Shown: piece by piece, positions 25,848-38,400 of the stretch
Numbering within the stretch: the first letter of the stretch is position 1
Layout of the letters: the number at the start of each line of letters is the position of its first letter
NCBI RefSeq assembly: GCF_004010195.1
Contig: NC_057754.1
Location: forward strand, 10,800,345 to 10,857,383
Reading direction: 5' to 3'
From: Chiloscyllium plagiosum
Taxonomy: Eukaryota
Length of the DNA: 57,039 nucleotides
Program-made: the position numbers and the translations under genes
The notes under the pieces: generated by a model
Told to the model about the DNA's origin: nothing
Seen by the model: only the letters and a program-made list of their open reading frames with translations
Databases searched by the model: none

Positions 25848-27003
25848 TGGTGTTTAAGAAGATGCCTTTTGCTTTTAAATTTCTTCACACAGAACATCCA
25901 AAAGATCTCTCATCAGTGTGAACAATTTGATGGGTCAGAAGGTAGGATAAACTAGTGAATTCTTTCCCACACACAGAGCAGGTGAATGGTTTCTCCCCAG
26001 TCTGAGCGGGTTGATACTTTAGTCAATTATTTTTACTTTTAAAGCTCTTCTTACAGTCAGAACATTTAAAAAGTCTCTCATCAATCTGAGCAATTTGGTG
26101 TGTCAGGAAGTGAGATCACTCAGTGAGTCCTTTCCCACACACTTATGCAGGTGTATCAATATATCTTCTCTGCTTTTAACATTCATCTCACATTTAGAAC
26201 ATTTAAATGATCTTTCATCAGAACGAACCTGCTCATAAGTCCGGAGCGTTGATTGAGCATTAATTCCCTGTCCACACATAAAGCAGGTGAATGGCTTCTC
26301 CCCATTGTGAATGTGCTGATGTGTGTACAGGTTGGACGACTGAGTGAATCCCTTCCCACACATAGAGCAGCTGAATGGCCTCTCCCCAGTGTGACTCCGT
26401 GATGAGTTTCCAACCTGATGGGTAGCTGAATCCCTTCCCACAGTCCCACAGTTTCTCCATGGTGTCAGTATCCTTGATTTTTTTTCCCAGGTTCAGTGAT
26501 TGATTGAAATCGATCTCCACAAACAGAACTTATCAATGATCTCTCCCCATCATGGATGGCGTAATTAATTTTCAGGCTGAGTAGCTGGTGAATACTCTTT
26601 CAACAGTACTTTCACTGGAACACTCTCCTTGCATGTGTATGTCTTGGTGATTTTGCAGTCACACTGATGGTTAAAATCTTTTCTTATAGACAGCATTTCT
26701 TCAGAGGCTAATGATTTCAGATGCTGATGAACTGAATGACTGTCAGTTTTTCACGTGATGCACTGTTTCACCTTCTGAATGTAAATACAAACTTCTGAAT
26801 GCCCTGCAAAAAGAACTTATTCTAAGTATTTCATTCTATGAAATAAACAAAAAGGCTATTCAGTCCAATTACTCTATTGTTTTTATGTTCTCCCCCCCAT
26901 TATCTTCATCTCAACTTTGTATTATTACTTATTTTTCTAATCCCTTGTCCGTCCTAGACATACCTAGTTTCCTTTTGAACATATCACTACTTTGTTTCCT
27001 GCA

Positions 27004-27808
27004 TGATTTGGAGATGCCGGTGTTGGACTGGGGTGTACAAAGTTAAAAATCACACAACTGGAAATGTGTTGCTGGAAAAGCGCAGCAGGTCAGGCAACAT
27101 CCAGGGAACAGGAGAATCGACGTTTCGGGCATAAGCCCTTCTTCAGGAACGTCGATTCTCCTGTTCCCTGGATGCTGCCTGTGCCCGAAACGTCGATTCT
27201 CCTGTTCCCTGGATGCTGCCTGACCTGCTGCGCTTTTCCAGCAACACATTTCCAGCTCTGATCTCCAGCATCTGCAGACCTTACTTTCTCCTTAAAAATC
27301 ACACAACACCAGGTTATAGTCCAACAGGTTTAATTGGAAGCACACTAGCTTTCGGAGCTTGCAGAGTTACATTGTACTTTGCTCAAAAACTGCATGCATT
27401 CATGTAGAACTCTGCGCTCAAAAACGGCGTTATCTCACTTTTTAGATTATAATCAATCTAAACATCATGGCATAGACAGAGAACACAGGGGGCCAACAGC
27501 TTCAATATATTCTCTAGCTATCACCATTGTTAACAGCTAACCCAAGAACACAACGTTTTAATAAAAAAAGGTTTTGTGATTTACACATGAAAGAAGTGAA
27601 ACTATCACTGTGTTCTAACAGATGAAAGGCTTAACAATCAATTTTTCAATGTATAATTTCAGTTACATCACACTGTAAATTTTTGCTATAAATTCTGTGT
27701 GTTACGATCGAGCCCTCCACTATCACCTGATGAAGGAGCGTCGCTCTGGAAGCTAGCATGCTTCCAATTAAATCTGTTGGACGATAACCTGGTGTTGTGT
27801 GATTTTTA
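27004..27808. mobile_element. Coding-free inverted-arm Penelope-terminus element with nested second-family hairpin (27059-27291)
   Basis: Outer TSD ACTTTGTTTCCTGCA at 26989-27003 and 27809-27823. Inner TSD TTAAAAATCACACAAC at 27043-27058 and 27292-27307. Confidence 0.85.
27117..27149 (-). ncRNA. Minimal type I hammerhead ribozyme motif
   Basis: Minus strand: UC-CUGAAGA-A-GGGC-UUAU-GCCC-GAAA-CG-U-C-GA, with GUC cleavage triplet. Confidence 0.75.
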
Positions 27809-28129
27809 ACTTTGTTTCCTGCACCATTTCCTGTGAATTTCAGGTGAATTCTCTAAATGAAGAAATCTCATGTGAAAACATTTTCTACATATTAACCCCA
27901 TCCAAAACATGGATAATTTTCAATTGCTGTGTCAATTCACTGCTGAGCCTTCCTTAAAGGCCCCAGGCTGTTCAATTTTTCCCAAAGGCTGCATTATTTT
28001 AAGCTTATAAACCTCTATCTGTGTCAGTGCAGGATGGAGATTGGGAAGAGCCAAACATTTCTCTGAGTTGCAGTTTGCTTATCCTCCCATTCTCCCCACC
28101 TGGAAAAGGAGTTTATAAAACCCATCTTG

Positions 28130-28400
28130 GTTGGTCCAGCTCCCTCCCTTCAGCTCACTGTCCCCGCTCTCTGCAAACCCAGGAACCTTTGCGGCCACAC
28201 ATCCTGTTCCTAGAAGGAGCCGCCCCGTCCAGCCGTCGGCTCCATCACTCCTTCCACCTGGGCCGCAAACTCACCGATAGCACTGCGCATGCTCCATACA
28301 CTATGCCTGTGCACCACTCTCCCTGTGAGCTCCATACACTACGCTTGCGTACTATTCTCCCTGTGATATGGTGGGGGTACTATCATTGGTGTGGGATACG
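28130..28400 (-). promoter_or_regulatory. CpG-rich promoter / first exon candidate upstream of ZNF unit D
   Basis: Local CpG enrichment, NRF1-like TGCGCATGC ~28284, minus-strand donor GGTGAGTT ~28268-28275. Confidence 0.45.
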
Positions 28401-29264
28401 AAAGTATAGGCACTACCATTGATTCTTAAAAAATTGTATATTTCATGACTTGATTTGCTTTTACGGTTAGAGACTGGGCCAGAGATTCAAATAACAGAGC
28501 AAAGAACCAATGTGAACAGAAATCCATCTAAATTGATCCTCCATTATCCATCTGAAAGAAGGATGATATGAATTGATGGTACATCTATACAGCCCTGAAA
28601 CAGCCGAAATGGTGACAGACCTCAACTGCTGGTGGCACCTGTGGGTTCACGGTGTCTCAGTGAATCACTGCCCACGCATGACTTTAAAACTTCTACCTCA
28701 TGTGAATGCATTTCTCCCATCGTAAATCCTGTAATCTTTCAAACTCTGTGTTTCAGGTTTCCAGCATCCACAATGTTTTGATTTAATTTGATTCTCCTCA
28801 GAATGGTTCACTGGTCTCAGGTTGGGGGCAATAAGATCTCGGAGTCTGAAGGTGACACTCTTCTTCATGTTGTGGGTCATACAAATGGATGGATGAAGCT
28901 GATCTCTGTGGCTGAGTGTGGTGCCTTCTCCTATTCTCAGTCTTCCTGACTTGACCATTTAGTTAAGCAAAGGTCAGTATTGATCAATTTGTGGACCTCA
29001 ATCCAGCTCTTGATGGTGATTGAAACAAACCAGTCTTTTCAAATTAACTGCTTTTGATTGGAAGTAAGTGTAATAGTAACTACAGGCTCAGTCAATTCAT
29101 TTGGGACTCAAAATACACTTGACGTAAAGTCACTTACATCATCGTGGCGAGAGAAAATTACTCTATGCATGATGGTGTGATGTCATGGGCAAAGGCAGCA
29201 CCATTAGCAAAATGATGGTGCTCAACCCACACAATCAAACAATTTTATTTTTTAAAATCACATG

Positions 29265-29985
29265 ACAACTGTAGGAAGTGCAACACCTGCCCCTACACCT
29301 CTGTCCAAGGCCCCAAATAATCATTCCTAATCTGGCAGAGATTCACCTGCACCTCTTCCAACCTGGTTTACTGCATCAGTCTCTCCTGATGTGGTCTCCT
29401 CGACATCAGGGAGTCAAAACGCAGACTCGGTGACCAGTTCGCAGAGTATTTGCGCTCTGTAAGCTCCAATCAACTCCACCCTCCATTGCCAGCCATTTCA
29501 ACCCCTCCTTCCACTGTGTTGGCAACATGTCCATCCCAGGCCTCCTCCACTGTTAAAATAACTGGAGGAACAACACCTCATATTCCACCTCAAGAGCTTA
29601 CAGCCCAATGAACATCAAGTTCAGCAGCTTCAAATTCTCCTCACGCCCAACCTTCCCAGCCTTCCTCTTCCCCCCACCTCCTTAACCGGACCTAACCTAT
29701 CTATCTTCCTTCTCACTTATCTGCTCCAACCTTCCTAATGACTGATCGCGATAAATCCCCACCAGCATCCACCTATCATCATCCCACCTACCGTTCCCCC
29801 AGCCCCACCCCTCTCCATTTATTTCTCAGCTCCTGTCCACCCCTAGTCTGGTAAACGGTCCTGACCCAAAACACTGACTTTCCTGCTCCTGTGATGCTGC
29901 CTGACCTGCTGTGACTTTCTAGCTTTACTTTTTTTTTTAAACACAACCCTAACCTCCAGCATCTGCAATCCTTACTACCTTCATC
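29265..29985 (+). mobile_element. Penelope-like element GIY-YIG 3' fragment and tail
   Basis: CRKCNTCPYTS...QRFTCTSSNLVYCI...SKRRLGDQFAEYLRSV...LEEQHLIFHLKSLQP. Tail ends CTCCAGCATCTGCA. Confidence 0.8.
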
Positions 29986-30805
29986 CTCTATTTCTGTAGC
30001 TACTTATTTTAGAATCATTGATATAAGCCTTCAGGGCCAAGGGCCTTATCTGACTTCAGTCCCATTAGTTTGTTGAATACTACTTAATGCCACATCTGTA
30101 ACGCAGCCACCATCTTCTTCAGTACGCCATTTCATGGTCACTGTTCTTGAGGGGATGTTTTACTCTGATGTAGTTTATTAAGCCTGTCACATTTCACACC
30201 ACCAGATCCAAATTGGCAACTTCCTTCATCACGTCCCTTCTGCAACACTTGCCTCTTTGGACAGTTATGGAAATATTTTTCTCTGAAATTTATTTCTCTC
30301 TGTAAAAAAGGCTTTTATGGTGAAGGAAGAAACGGAATCTTGTTACAGATTTAATTACAGAATGAATCATGACAGGTATGTACTTCCTGACACCACTCTA
30401 TGTCAGTACCACTTTATATGTTCTCCCTCAGTGTTGGGGATGTACACTTACCATTTGATAAAATTAACAGCTCCAGTCAGGGCCAGTAGTGTGTTTATCC
30501 TCTGTGTGGCTGCCAAGATCACTCAGCAAGTGGGATGATTGGTTGAATTCATTCCCACACAGAACAAATGAATGGCTTCTGCCTGGTGTGAATTTACAGG
30601 TGTGCCAGCAGGTTGTAAGTCTGAGAGAATCATTTTTCCACATCGTGTAAATTCACCAGTGCTTCTGCAGAGTGGATGAATCAGTGATTTTCTTCTCACA
30701 CACAGAACTGTCTCACTCCAGTGTGAACCCACTGGAGTGAGAACTTTGGCAAGACTGAATCAATCTATTCCCACACTGAGCACTTGTATGGCCTTTCCCA
30801 AATGT

Positions 30806-31453
30806 ACAAAGTTAAAAATCACACAACACCAGGTTATAGTCCAACAGATTTAATTGGAAGCACACTGGCTTTCGGAGTGACGCTCCTTCATCAGGTGATA
30901 GTGGAGGGCTCAATCCTAACACACAGAATTTATAGCAAAAATTTACAGTGCAATGTAACTGAAATTATACATTGAAAAATTGATTGTCTGTTAAGCCTTT
31001 CATCTGTTAGAACACAGTGATAGTTTCACTTCTTTCATGTGTAAATCACAAAACCTTTTTTTAAAATTTGCATTCTCGGGTAGGCTTTTAACAATGGTGA
31101 TAGCCAGACAATATGTTGAAGGTGTTAACAGCTTGTTAACAGCTAACCAGAGAATGCAACTTTTTAAAAAAGGTTTTGTGATTTACACATGAAAGAAGTG
31201 AAACTATCATTGTATTCTAACAGATGAAAGGCTTAATAGACAATCAATTTTTCAATGTATAATTTCAGTTACATCACACTGTAAATTTTTGCTATAAATT
31301 CTGTGTTACGATCGAGCCCTCCACTATCACCTGATGAAGGAGCGTCGCTCCGAAAGCTAGTGTGCTTCCAATTAAACCTGTTGGACTATAACCTGGTGTT
31401 GTGTGATTTTTAAACTTTGTACGCCCCAGTCCAACACCGGCATCTCCAAATCA
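30806..31453. mobile_element. ~650-bp coding-free palindromic Penelope-terminus element, one hammerhead motif per arm
   Basis: ~300-bp inverted arms about a centre near 31130. 12-bp TSD TTTCCCAAATGT at 30794-30805 and 31454-31465. Confidence 0.9.
31328..31362 (+). ncRNA. Minimal type I hammerhead ribozyme motif (intact core)
   Basis: CAC-CUGAUGA-A-GGAGC-GUC-GCUCC-GAAA-GC-U-A-GUG: helix I CAC/GUG, 5-bp helix II, palindromic AGCU helix III, CUA triplet. Confidence 0.8.
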
Positions 31454-32794
31454 TTTCCCAAATGTGAACTTGCTAGTCTCTCAGCAGGTGGGATGAATGA
31501 GTGAACCTCTTCCCACACTCAGAGCAGTTGAACCGCCTCTTCCCAGTGTGAACTCTCAGGTGTAAATGCCAAGCAGCTGAATGTGTAAGTGTCTTCCCAC
31601 AATTAAGCTGGTGATTGGCCACTCCCCAGTGTGAACCCACTGGTGTGTCTGATGGTGTGAATCCTTCAAAGCAGACTGCATAGATAAAGCTCTCTCCTAA
31701 ATTCAAAGACCAACAATATTCAGGTTCCAATGAATTAAGTGACTGTCAGATCCTTTCACAACATTTGGTTTCAGACTTCTGCAACTTTTCTATTCTAGTT
31801 TCCTGTTAAAGGTGATTACATCTTAGTATAAGATGGACATTCAAAGCAGAATACAGAATATTTCTTCTGTATTCACTTCCCAAAAACTGTAAATCTGTAA
31901 CCCATACACTCTCCTTCCATGGACTCTGAATTATGTATGGGCTCTGAATTCTCCCAAAGGTGTCAATTTGATGATCAATGGAACCTTGCTCATTGCTGAG
32001 CACATGGATCATGAAATATAAAAACAGGAACAGGACATTCATCCCATTGCACCAGCTCCACCTCTCAAAATTAGCATAATTGTGCTGATCTATTTTTAAA
32101 CTTGATTTTCCTGATAAACCTATAACCATCAACACCCTTGTCAATCTAAAAGCTGTCTGCTGCAGGCTAATGATCCAGTTTCCATAGTTGCCTAAGGGAC
32201 ATCACTCCACAGACTAACAACTCTCAGAGCAGAAATTCTGTATCTTTGAAATGAGAAAGCCCTCATTTGTGATCTTTGTCACTGAGTTGTAGAATCCCTC
32301 ACAAGAGTAAACAATTTCTCAGCACCTATCCAATCAAAGGGCTTCAATTCTATTTGTTTCAATAAGATCACGTCTCATTCATTTAAAGACTCAGTCAAGT
32401 GAACCTTTTCAAACTGCTTCCAAAGTCGGTATGTCTCTCCTTAAGGACACAGACCCAAGGAATAGACTCTGGATCAACCCTCACCAATGCTCTACACAGT
32501 GATAAGAAGATCTAACATTTAAACTCTTTCAGCAAAGGTCAACATTCCAAAGTTCCATCCCAATTACGCAATATCTGCTTGCTAACTTGCTTTGACTCAA
32601 GTAGCAGGACAGCAGATTCCTCCGTACAGCAGCCTTGTGCAGAATCTTTCCATTTAAATAATATTCAACTATTCAATTATTTCGGTCAAAGTGGGATTTA
32701 TTACATATTATGATATAGGTGCCATTGCCTTCACCTCCACGCGTACTCGGCCCAATTATATTCCATTTTAGAGTGCACCTTCCTGCTTTCCTAC

Positions 32795-33423
32795 TGTGAG
32801 AAACGAAGCTCACTCACTTCAATAATTTCAGTCCAAGACAAGATCTGAAACAATCAATCAGTATGTTTATTATACGCTTGCAAACGTGGTGTCTAAAATA
32901 GACACCCAGAGCTTAGCTAGTACATATCTTATATAGGATTCACTACTCCAAACCCGGTGCCCATTACTATTGTTTATCTCCTAAGTACAAGTTTTACTTG
33001 GCCATTTCACCACATCCTGCTGTGGTCCATTGTTAGGTATATCCTCCCTCACTGTCATCTATTTCCCCTACTTGTGACCTTTCCTTCCATTCCTTAACCA
33101 TATTGAACCTTATGACATTTTAATTGTTTTTTTTTTGTTTTTGCAGAAGTGGGAAACAGATGCTTATAACTACTGTTTGTACAAGCATGTCTGGCTTAAC
33201 CTACATCCTCACAACATCTTATCTATTTGTCTGTAACATCTACCATTGTTTGCAGGCACATTTCATTCTTGTATGCACATTTTAGCTAATACAAAAATAA
33301 TTATATATTTCCTTCACATAGTTTTCATTCTTGGTTGAAACAATTATCCACTGGTGTGAGTCCATTTACCTTGCATAAGTAATTATGATTGCAGAAGTAA
33401 CATTACTTTACCTATATCCCACA
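32795..33423 (-). repeat. ERV 3' LTR (629 bp)
   Basis: Minus strand starts TGTGGGATA and ends TTTCTCACA. Immediately preceded by PPT AAAGAAAAAGGGGGAAAT (33441-33424). TATATAA and AATAAA inside. Confidence 0.9.
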
Positions 33424-33444
33424 ATTTCCCCCTTTTTCTTTAAT

Positions 33445-35310
33445 CATCATTTGTTATCTTCTGCATTTTTCTTTTGTGCATCGCCCCTTAAATTCGCAAG
33501 CATTATTCCAGATATTTCATCTATCTCGGTCTCACTCACCCCTCATTATTTAATCGATAAAGTTCCTCTGCCTGATTCCCTTTTCGGGGCATCTGTTTCA
33601 TTAAGGCTGTCCCAATCAGTCTTTGGGCGAGCCCTCGTATACAGGGTATGATACAACAGCCAATGGCTACGAATACCCCGGCTGCTACTACTATCAGGGA
33701 AGTAAGGATGGAGACCACCACCCCCTTCCATTTTCCAAACCATGATTCAAGCCATCCCGTGAGAGATATGTGTCTACTCCTGAATTCTCAGCCAGTTCCT
33801 CTGCTAAGGTAGTCAATCCCCTTAAGGCCCGAGTAATTGAACTATCAGGCGCAGTGTTATTAGGAATAAAGGTACATCAGCTTCCTCCTAACATCACTCA
33901 CACACACCCTTTTTCCGCTAAAATCATATCAAGGGCTATTCTGTTTTCCCATGCCATTCTACTTGTCGCATCAAGCTGTTCTGATATTCCTTTAACCGCA
34001 TCTCTTGTATAATTTATAAATCGCTGTTGATTATAGAAAAAGTAATTTATCCAATCTACATTTTTATTAATTGTTACCCACCAAAAGAGAGCTGACTCAA
34101 AGCCTGCTGCAATCTGGTTACGAGCCTTGAATTCATCAGGTACTGCCCTAGGAACTCCTACCGAATCAAGATAAATCCTGTCATCAAAAGAAGCGTCTAA
34201 CAGTGATCTCTTACTTCTTCCCTTTTTCCCTACGATCTTTTCCTTCTCAAATGCCAGAGTAAATGGAATTGTCAATTGTACAATTGCACATATCCCTCTC
34301 CAATCCGGAGGTAGAGTGGGTCTCAATATTTTGCCTCCACAGTACCACCATAGATCCGCTTGGGGAACCTTTAGTGCTGAGTAGTTCCCTCCCTTGTCCG
34401 TTTTGGTGACATTCTTAATCTCTGTACATAATTTCAGCTCCCCCAAATCTCTAGACCGATTTGTACCTCGTCTATGCACACACGACGTGTGATTTCCGAC
34501 TGCGGCTGAAAATGTGGAGGGGGGGGCTTTTAATCTTTCTTCTCCAAGGGAGGGAACATCAGAGATAGGGAGGTATAATTCCTATCATTCCATGCAGTCT
34601 TATCCTGATACAGGGCTATCATACATTTCATGCCCTTCCTGTCTCGCTTCCACCCGAGAGGAAAGGGAACCACCTGGGCCACGGGTCTACCGGAGGCACA
34701 CGCATTGCAATTGCTCTTGTTCAGACTTTTTACAGTATACTTACTCATTCAACACAGGCATTTGCATCCCCGTACCCAGTTTCTATTGACTACTTTAAAG
34801 GTCATTGGGAGGGGTGAAAGGTTGTACCTTATTATCCAGTAGTTCTGCCCGCTTTCCCTGTCCGATGTTAATTTAAAAACAACAGCCCGAGAAATCATTC
34901 CCGTTTGTTTTCATTTCTATTCCAAATTTTTCATTTAATTGTACCTGATAGATGCCCCCCACCAGAATTGCTTTGTGCCATGTAGTTTTCTTTATCATTA
35001 GGTATATTGACTTACACTTTTTATCGGGACAATCGAGAGCTGGTCGGAAGGGGGCCCGGTGTACTGTGACGAGACCATTATACCAAGTACCATCCCCGAG
35101 GCCATTCCCATAGGGCTTAAGATGTATCTCTGAGCTGCGGTACTGTCTCCGATTATCTACATCCCCAGAATTTACTAAGCTGAGTGCATCAGCGTCTATT
35201 ACTTGTGGATTATCAGACTCAGGAACCGTTAGTAACACATATGAAAATGACATTTGACAAAATCCCAATACTAAGAGGGCTAGTATCATAACTCTAAGCA
35301 TCCTCAGCAT
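33445..35310 (-). pseudogene. env: ERV env (SU+TM), disrupted
   Basis: Signal peptide MILALLVLGFC, CNAC (CXXC), furin site RSKR, RNQIAAGFES..WWVTINKNVDWINY, ISD-like ENRIALDMILAEKG, TM anchor followed by GCCIIPCIRGL. Several frameshifts and stops. Confidence 0.92.
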
Positions 35311-35400
35311 TCTAAAAATCGTGCTGAAGCACAAAAAGACTTAATATACGATCCTACAGAAACAGTCCTGCGCTCGTGTCACCACTGTATAATCAATTAC

Positions 35401-38400
35401 TCAAAGTCTCTTTAGCCTGAGTTTCAGCGGTTCTTGCGTTGATTCGGCCGTCCAGACTTCTTCCTCAACTGGAGATTCCACAGGCCCTTCGATCCGAGTG
35501 TAGTGAGTCCAGCCTTTCTCCACCGTCCTTATTGCCGTTTCGGTAGTCAAAAGAGCCTGCTACGGCCCTTCCCAGTCCGGTTGCAATTTAGTCCCTGTCC
35601 ATGATTTTACTAAGACCCAATCTCCCGGCCGGATGGGATGAACGGTGAATTTAAGGGGCAGAGTCTGTGCCAATGAACCCTGTTTCCTGAGGAAAGACAA
35701 AGAGGAGGACAAGCCCAGTATATAGTTCTTTAAGAACAAGTCTTTAGTTTCGGGAATTGGCAATTCTCTGTTCTTTCCCAGATAAGGTAATCCAAATAAG
35801 ATTTCATAGGGGGATAGTCCTAAATCTTTCCTTGGGGCTGTTCGTACTCGCAAGAGAGCTATAGGTAAACATTTGGTCCAAGGGAGTCTGGTTTATATTA
35901 TCAATTTAGAAAACTGTGTTTGAGTGTTTGGTTCATTCTCTCAACCCTTCCCGATGATGGCGGGTGCCATGGAGTATGGAACTCCCAGGAAACTCTCAAC
36001 CCTTTCATTACCCCCTGTAACACTTTAGGGGTAAAATGAATTCCTTGGTCGGAACCTATATGGTTCACTAGCCCATATCGGGGAATTATGTGCTCTAATA
36101 TTGTTTTAGACACCCCACTCGCAGTGGCGGTAGCTAGGGGATATGCCTCAACCCAATCAGATAGATGATCTACTATGATCAGCATATATTTTAGTCTGGG
36201 TAGCTCAGTATAATCTACTTGTATACTCTGGAAGGGTCTCAATCCCGGGTCTCTTCCTCCCTGGGTCTGTTTTCTCAAGACTTTCTTATTTACCTTTCTG
36301 GATATTATACATCCCTCACACACTTGTTTAGCAATTGTTTATATTCCTTTACATCCATATTGCCCAAGAACTAAATCACACATTGCTTAGGTATATTGCC
36401 TTGATGTAGGACAGCCATAATTTCTTACATCATCATTTTGTTCAACATTTCCCTTTCATCAGGTAACATCCAATGCCCGTCTGCTGTTTTTGCAGCCCCT
36501 AAACCTTTCAATTCTTTTTCCTCTCTTTCAGTAAATGTAGGAGCTTCCCGAGGACCTGGGACAGTAGGTATTAGGGAATGAATCACCACTTCTTGTGGGT
36601 TCAGGGCTGCTTCCTTACCCACTTCATCGGCTAATCTATTCCTCCTAACTTCTGGTTCATTTCCTTTCTGATGACCATTTACATGCACTACCGCTATTTC
36701 TCGGGGGAGTAATAGGGACTCCAAGACCTGTTTAATCAACTCCTCATGTGCTAATCCCTTCCCCCGGCTATTGATCAGTCCTCTTTCCTGCCATATCTTT
36801 CCGAAAGTATGCACAATACCAAATGCATATTTAGAGTCACTGTATACTGTTTCCTCTTTATTTTCTAATGCCCTAAGGGCTCTTTCCAATGCATAGAGTT
36901 CGCAGGTCTAAGCTGACCACCCATTTGGCAACCTTCCTGCCTCTACCACACTACCTTTCATCCCATCTACGACTGCATACCCATTATGTCTTTTCCCTTC
37001 AGTCACCCGGGATGATCAGTCTATAAAAAGTCGGGCTCCTGCATGAAGTGGAACATCTCTCAGGTCCATGCGGACCTTAGCTTGGTATTCTATAATGTGA
37101 AGGCAGTCGTGCTCTGGATTCTGAGGAGATTCTCCTTCCCCTTTCCGAAGAAAGGCAGCTGGATTTAAACAATTGCCCATGACCAACACTAGATTATCCT
37201 TTTTTATTAATATTGCCTCATATTTCAGAATCCGCGAGTCTGTCAACCATCGCCCAACTTTTTGGTTTAGGATCGTTCTCACTTGGTGTGAGGTGCTTAC
37301 TAATAGGGCTCCCCCAAATGTAAGCTTCCTGCTTTCCTCCACCAACAGTGCAGTGGCAGCCACGGCCTGCACACACTCAGGCCACCCCCGGGATACTGGA
37401 TCCAATAGCTTCGAAAGATATGCTACTGGCTGTTTCATTTCTCCCCACCTCTGGGTTAATACTCCCAAAGCCACTCCCTTATCTACGGTAGCAAAGAGGT
37501 AGAAAGGTTTATCGAGAGAAGGTAAGGCTAATACGGGGGCATGAACCAGATCTCTTTTGAGTTCCTCAACTAGTTCTTTTTCCTCATCATCCCAACTTAG
37601 ACACTTTGGTTCCTCCTCTAATAGTTTGAGATATAATTTCTTAGTCTTTTGAGCATAAGAATCAATCCACAATCTGCAATATCCCATTAGACCCAAAAAT
37701 TTACATAACTCCTGTTTAGTCCTGGACAGTGGCATCCCCACTATTCCCTCTATCTGCTTTGCCTCACTAACTAAATGTCCCAAGTATTTCACTTCTCACT
37801 CCACATATTGGAGTTTGTTTTTAGATACTCGCAGTCCCTGCTGACCCAGGAAATTCAATAATTTGTTAGTGGCTTCTACTACTCTTTCTCTTCTTTTTCC
37901 TATTACTAAGAGGTCGTCTACATACTGCAACAGGGTAGTTCCCTTGGGGCTGCTAAATTTCTCCAATATTTGTTCTAACATCTATCCAAATAAATTTGGG
38001 GATTCCGTAAACCCCTGGGGGAGCGCGGTCCACCGGTATTGCTGTTTCCGTCCTGTCTTGGGATCTTTCCATTCAAAGGCAAACAAATTCCTACTTTCCT
38101 CCGCCAAAGGACAAGTTCAAAAGGCACCCTTTAAATCTATCACACTAAACCATTTGTGGTCATGAGGGATCTTACTTAATAACGTGTAGGGGTTTGGCAC
38201 CACTGGGTGCCTGATCTGTACTATTCGATTCAATGTTCTCAAATCCTGCACCAATTGATAAGATTAGATTAGATTAGATTACTTACAGTGTGGAAACAGG
38301 CCCTTCGGCCCAACAAGTCCACACCGCCCCGCCGAAGCGCAACCCACCCATACCCCTACATGTACCCCTTACCTAACACTATGGGCAATTTAGCATGGCC

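Larger units (their letters stand above)
23040..26810 (-). pseudogene. Decayed C2H2 ZNF gene (unit D), split by a Penelope insertion
   Basis: [51 protein letters not shown], with frameshifts. Fingers continue at 23040-23550 beyond the insertion. Confidence 0.85.
30515..31870 (-). pseudogene. Decayed C2H2 ZNF gene (unit E), split by a fold-back insert
   Basis: [28 protein letters not shown]. Further remnants at 30520-30800. 5' exon-head sequence shared with the other units. Confidence 0.75.

Noticed and set aside
33445..35310. Domesticated syncytin-like env
   Set aside because: Multiple frameshifts and stops, including in the CX6CC region. No intact ORF.
34873..35334. Possible retroviral accessory gene between pol and env
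   Set aside because: It begins with a signal peptide right after integrase and leads into the CXXC-containing SU fragments. Best read as the frameshifted N-terminus of env.
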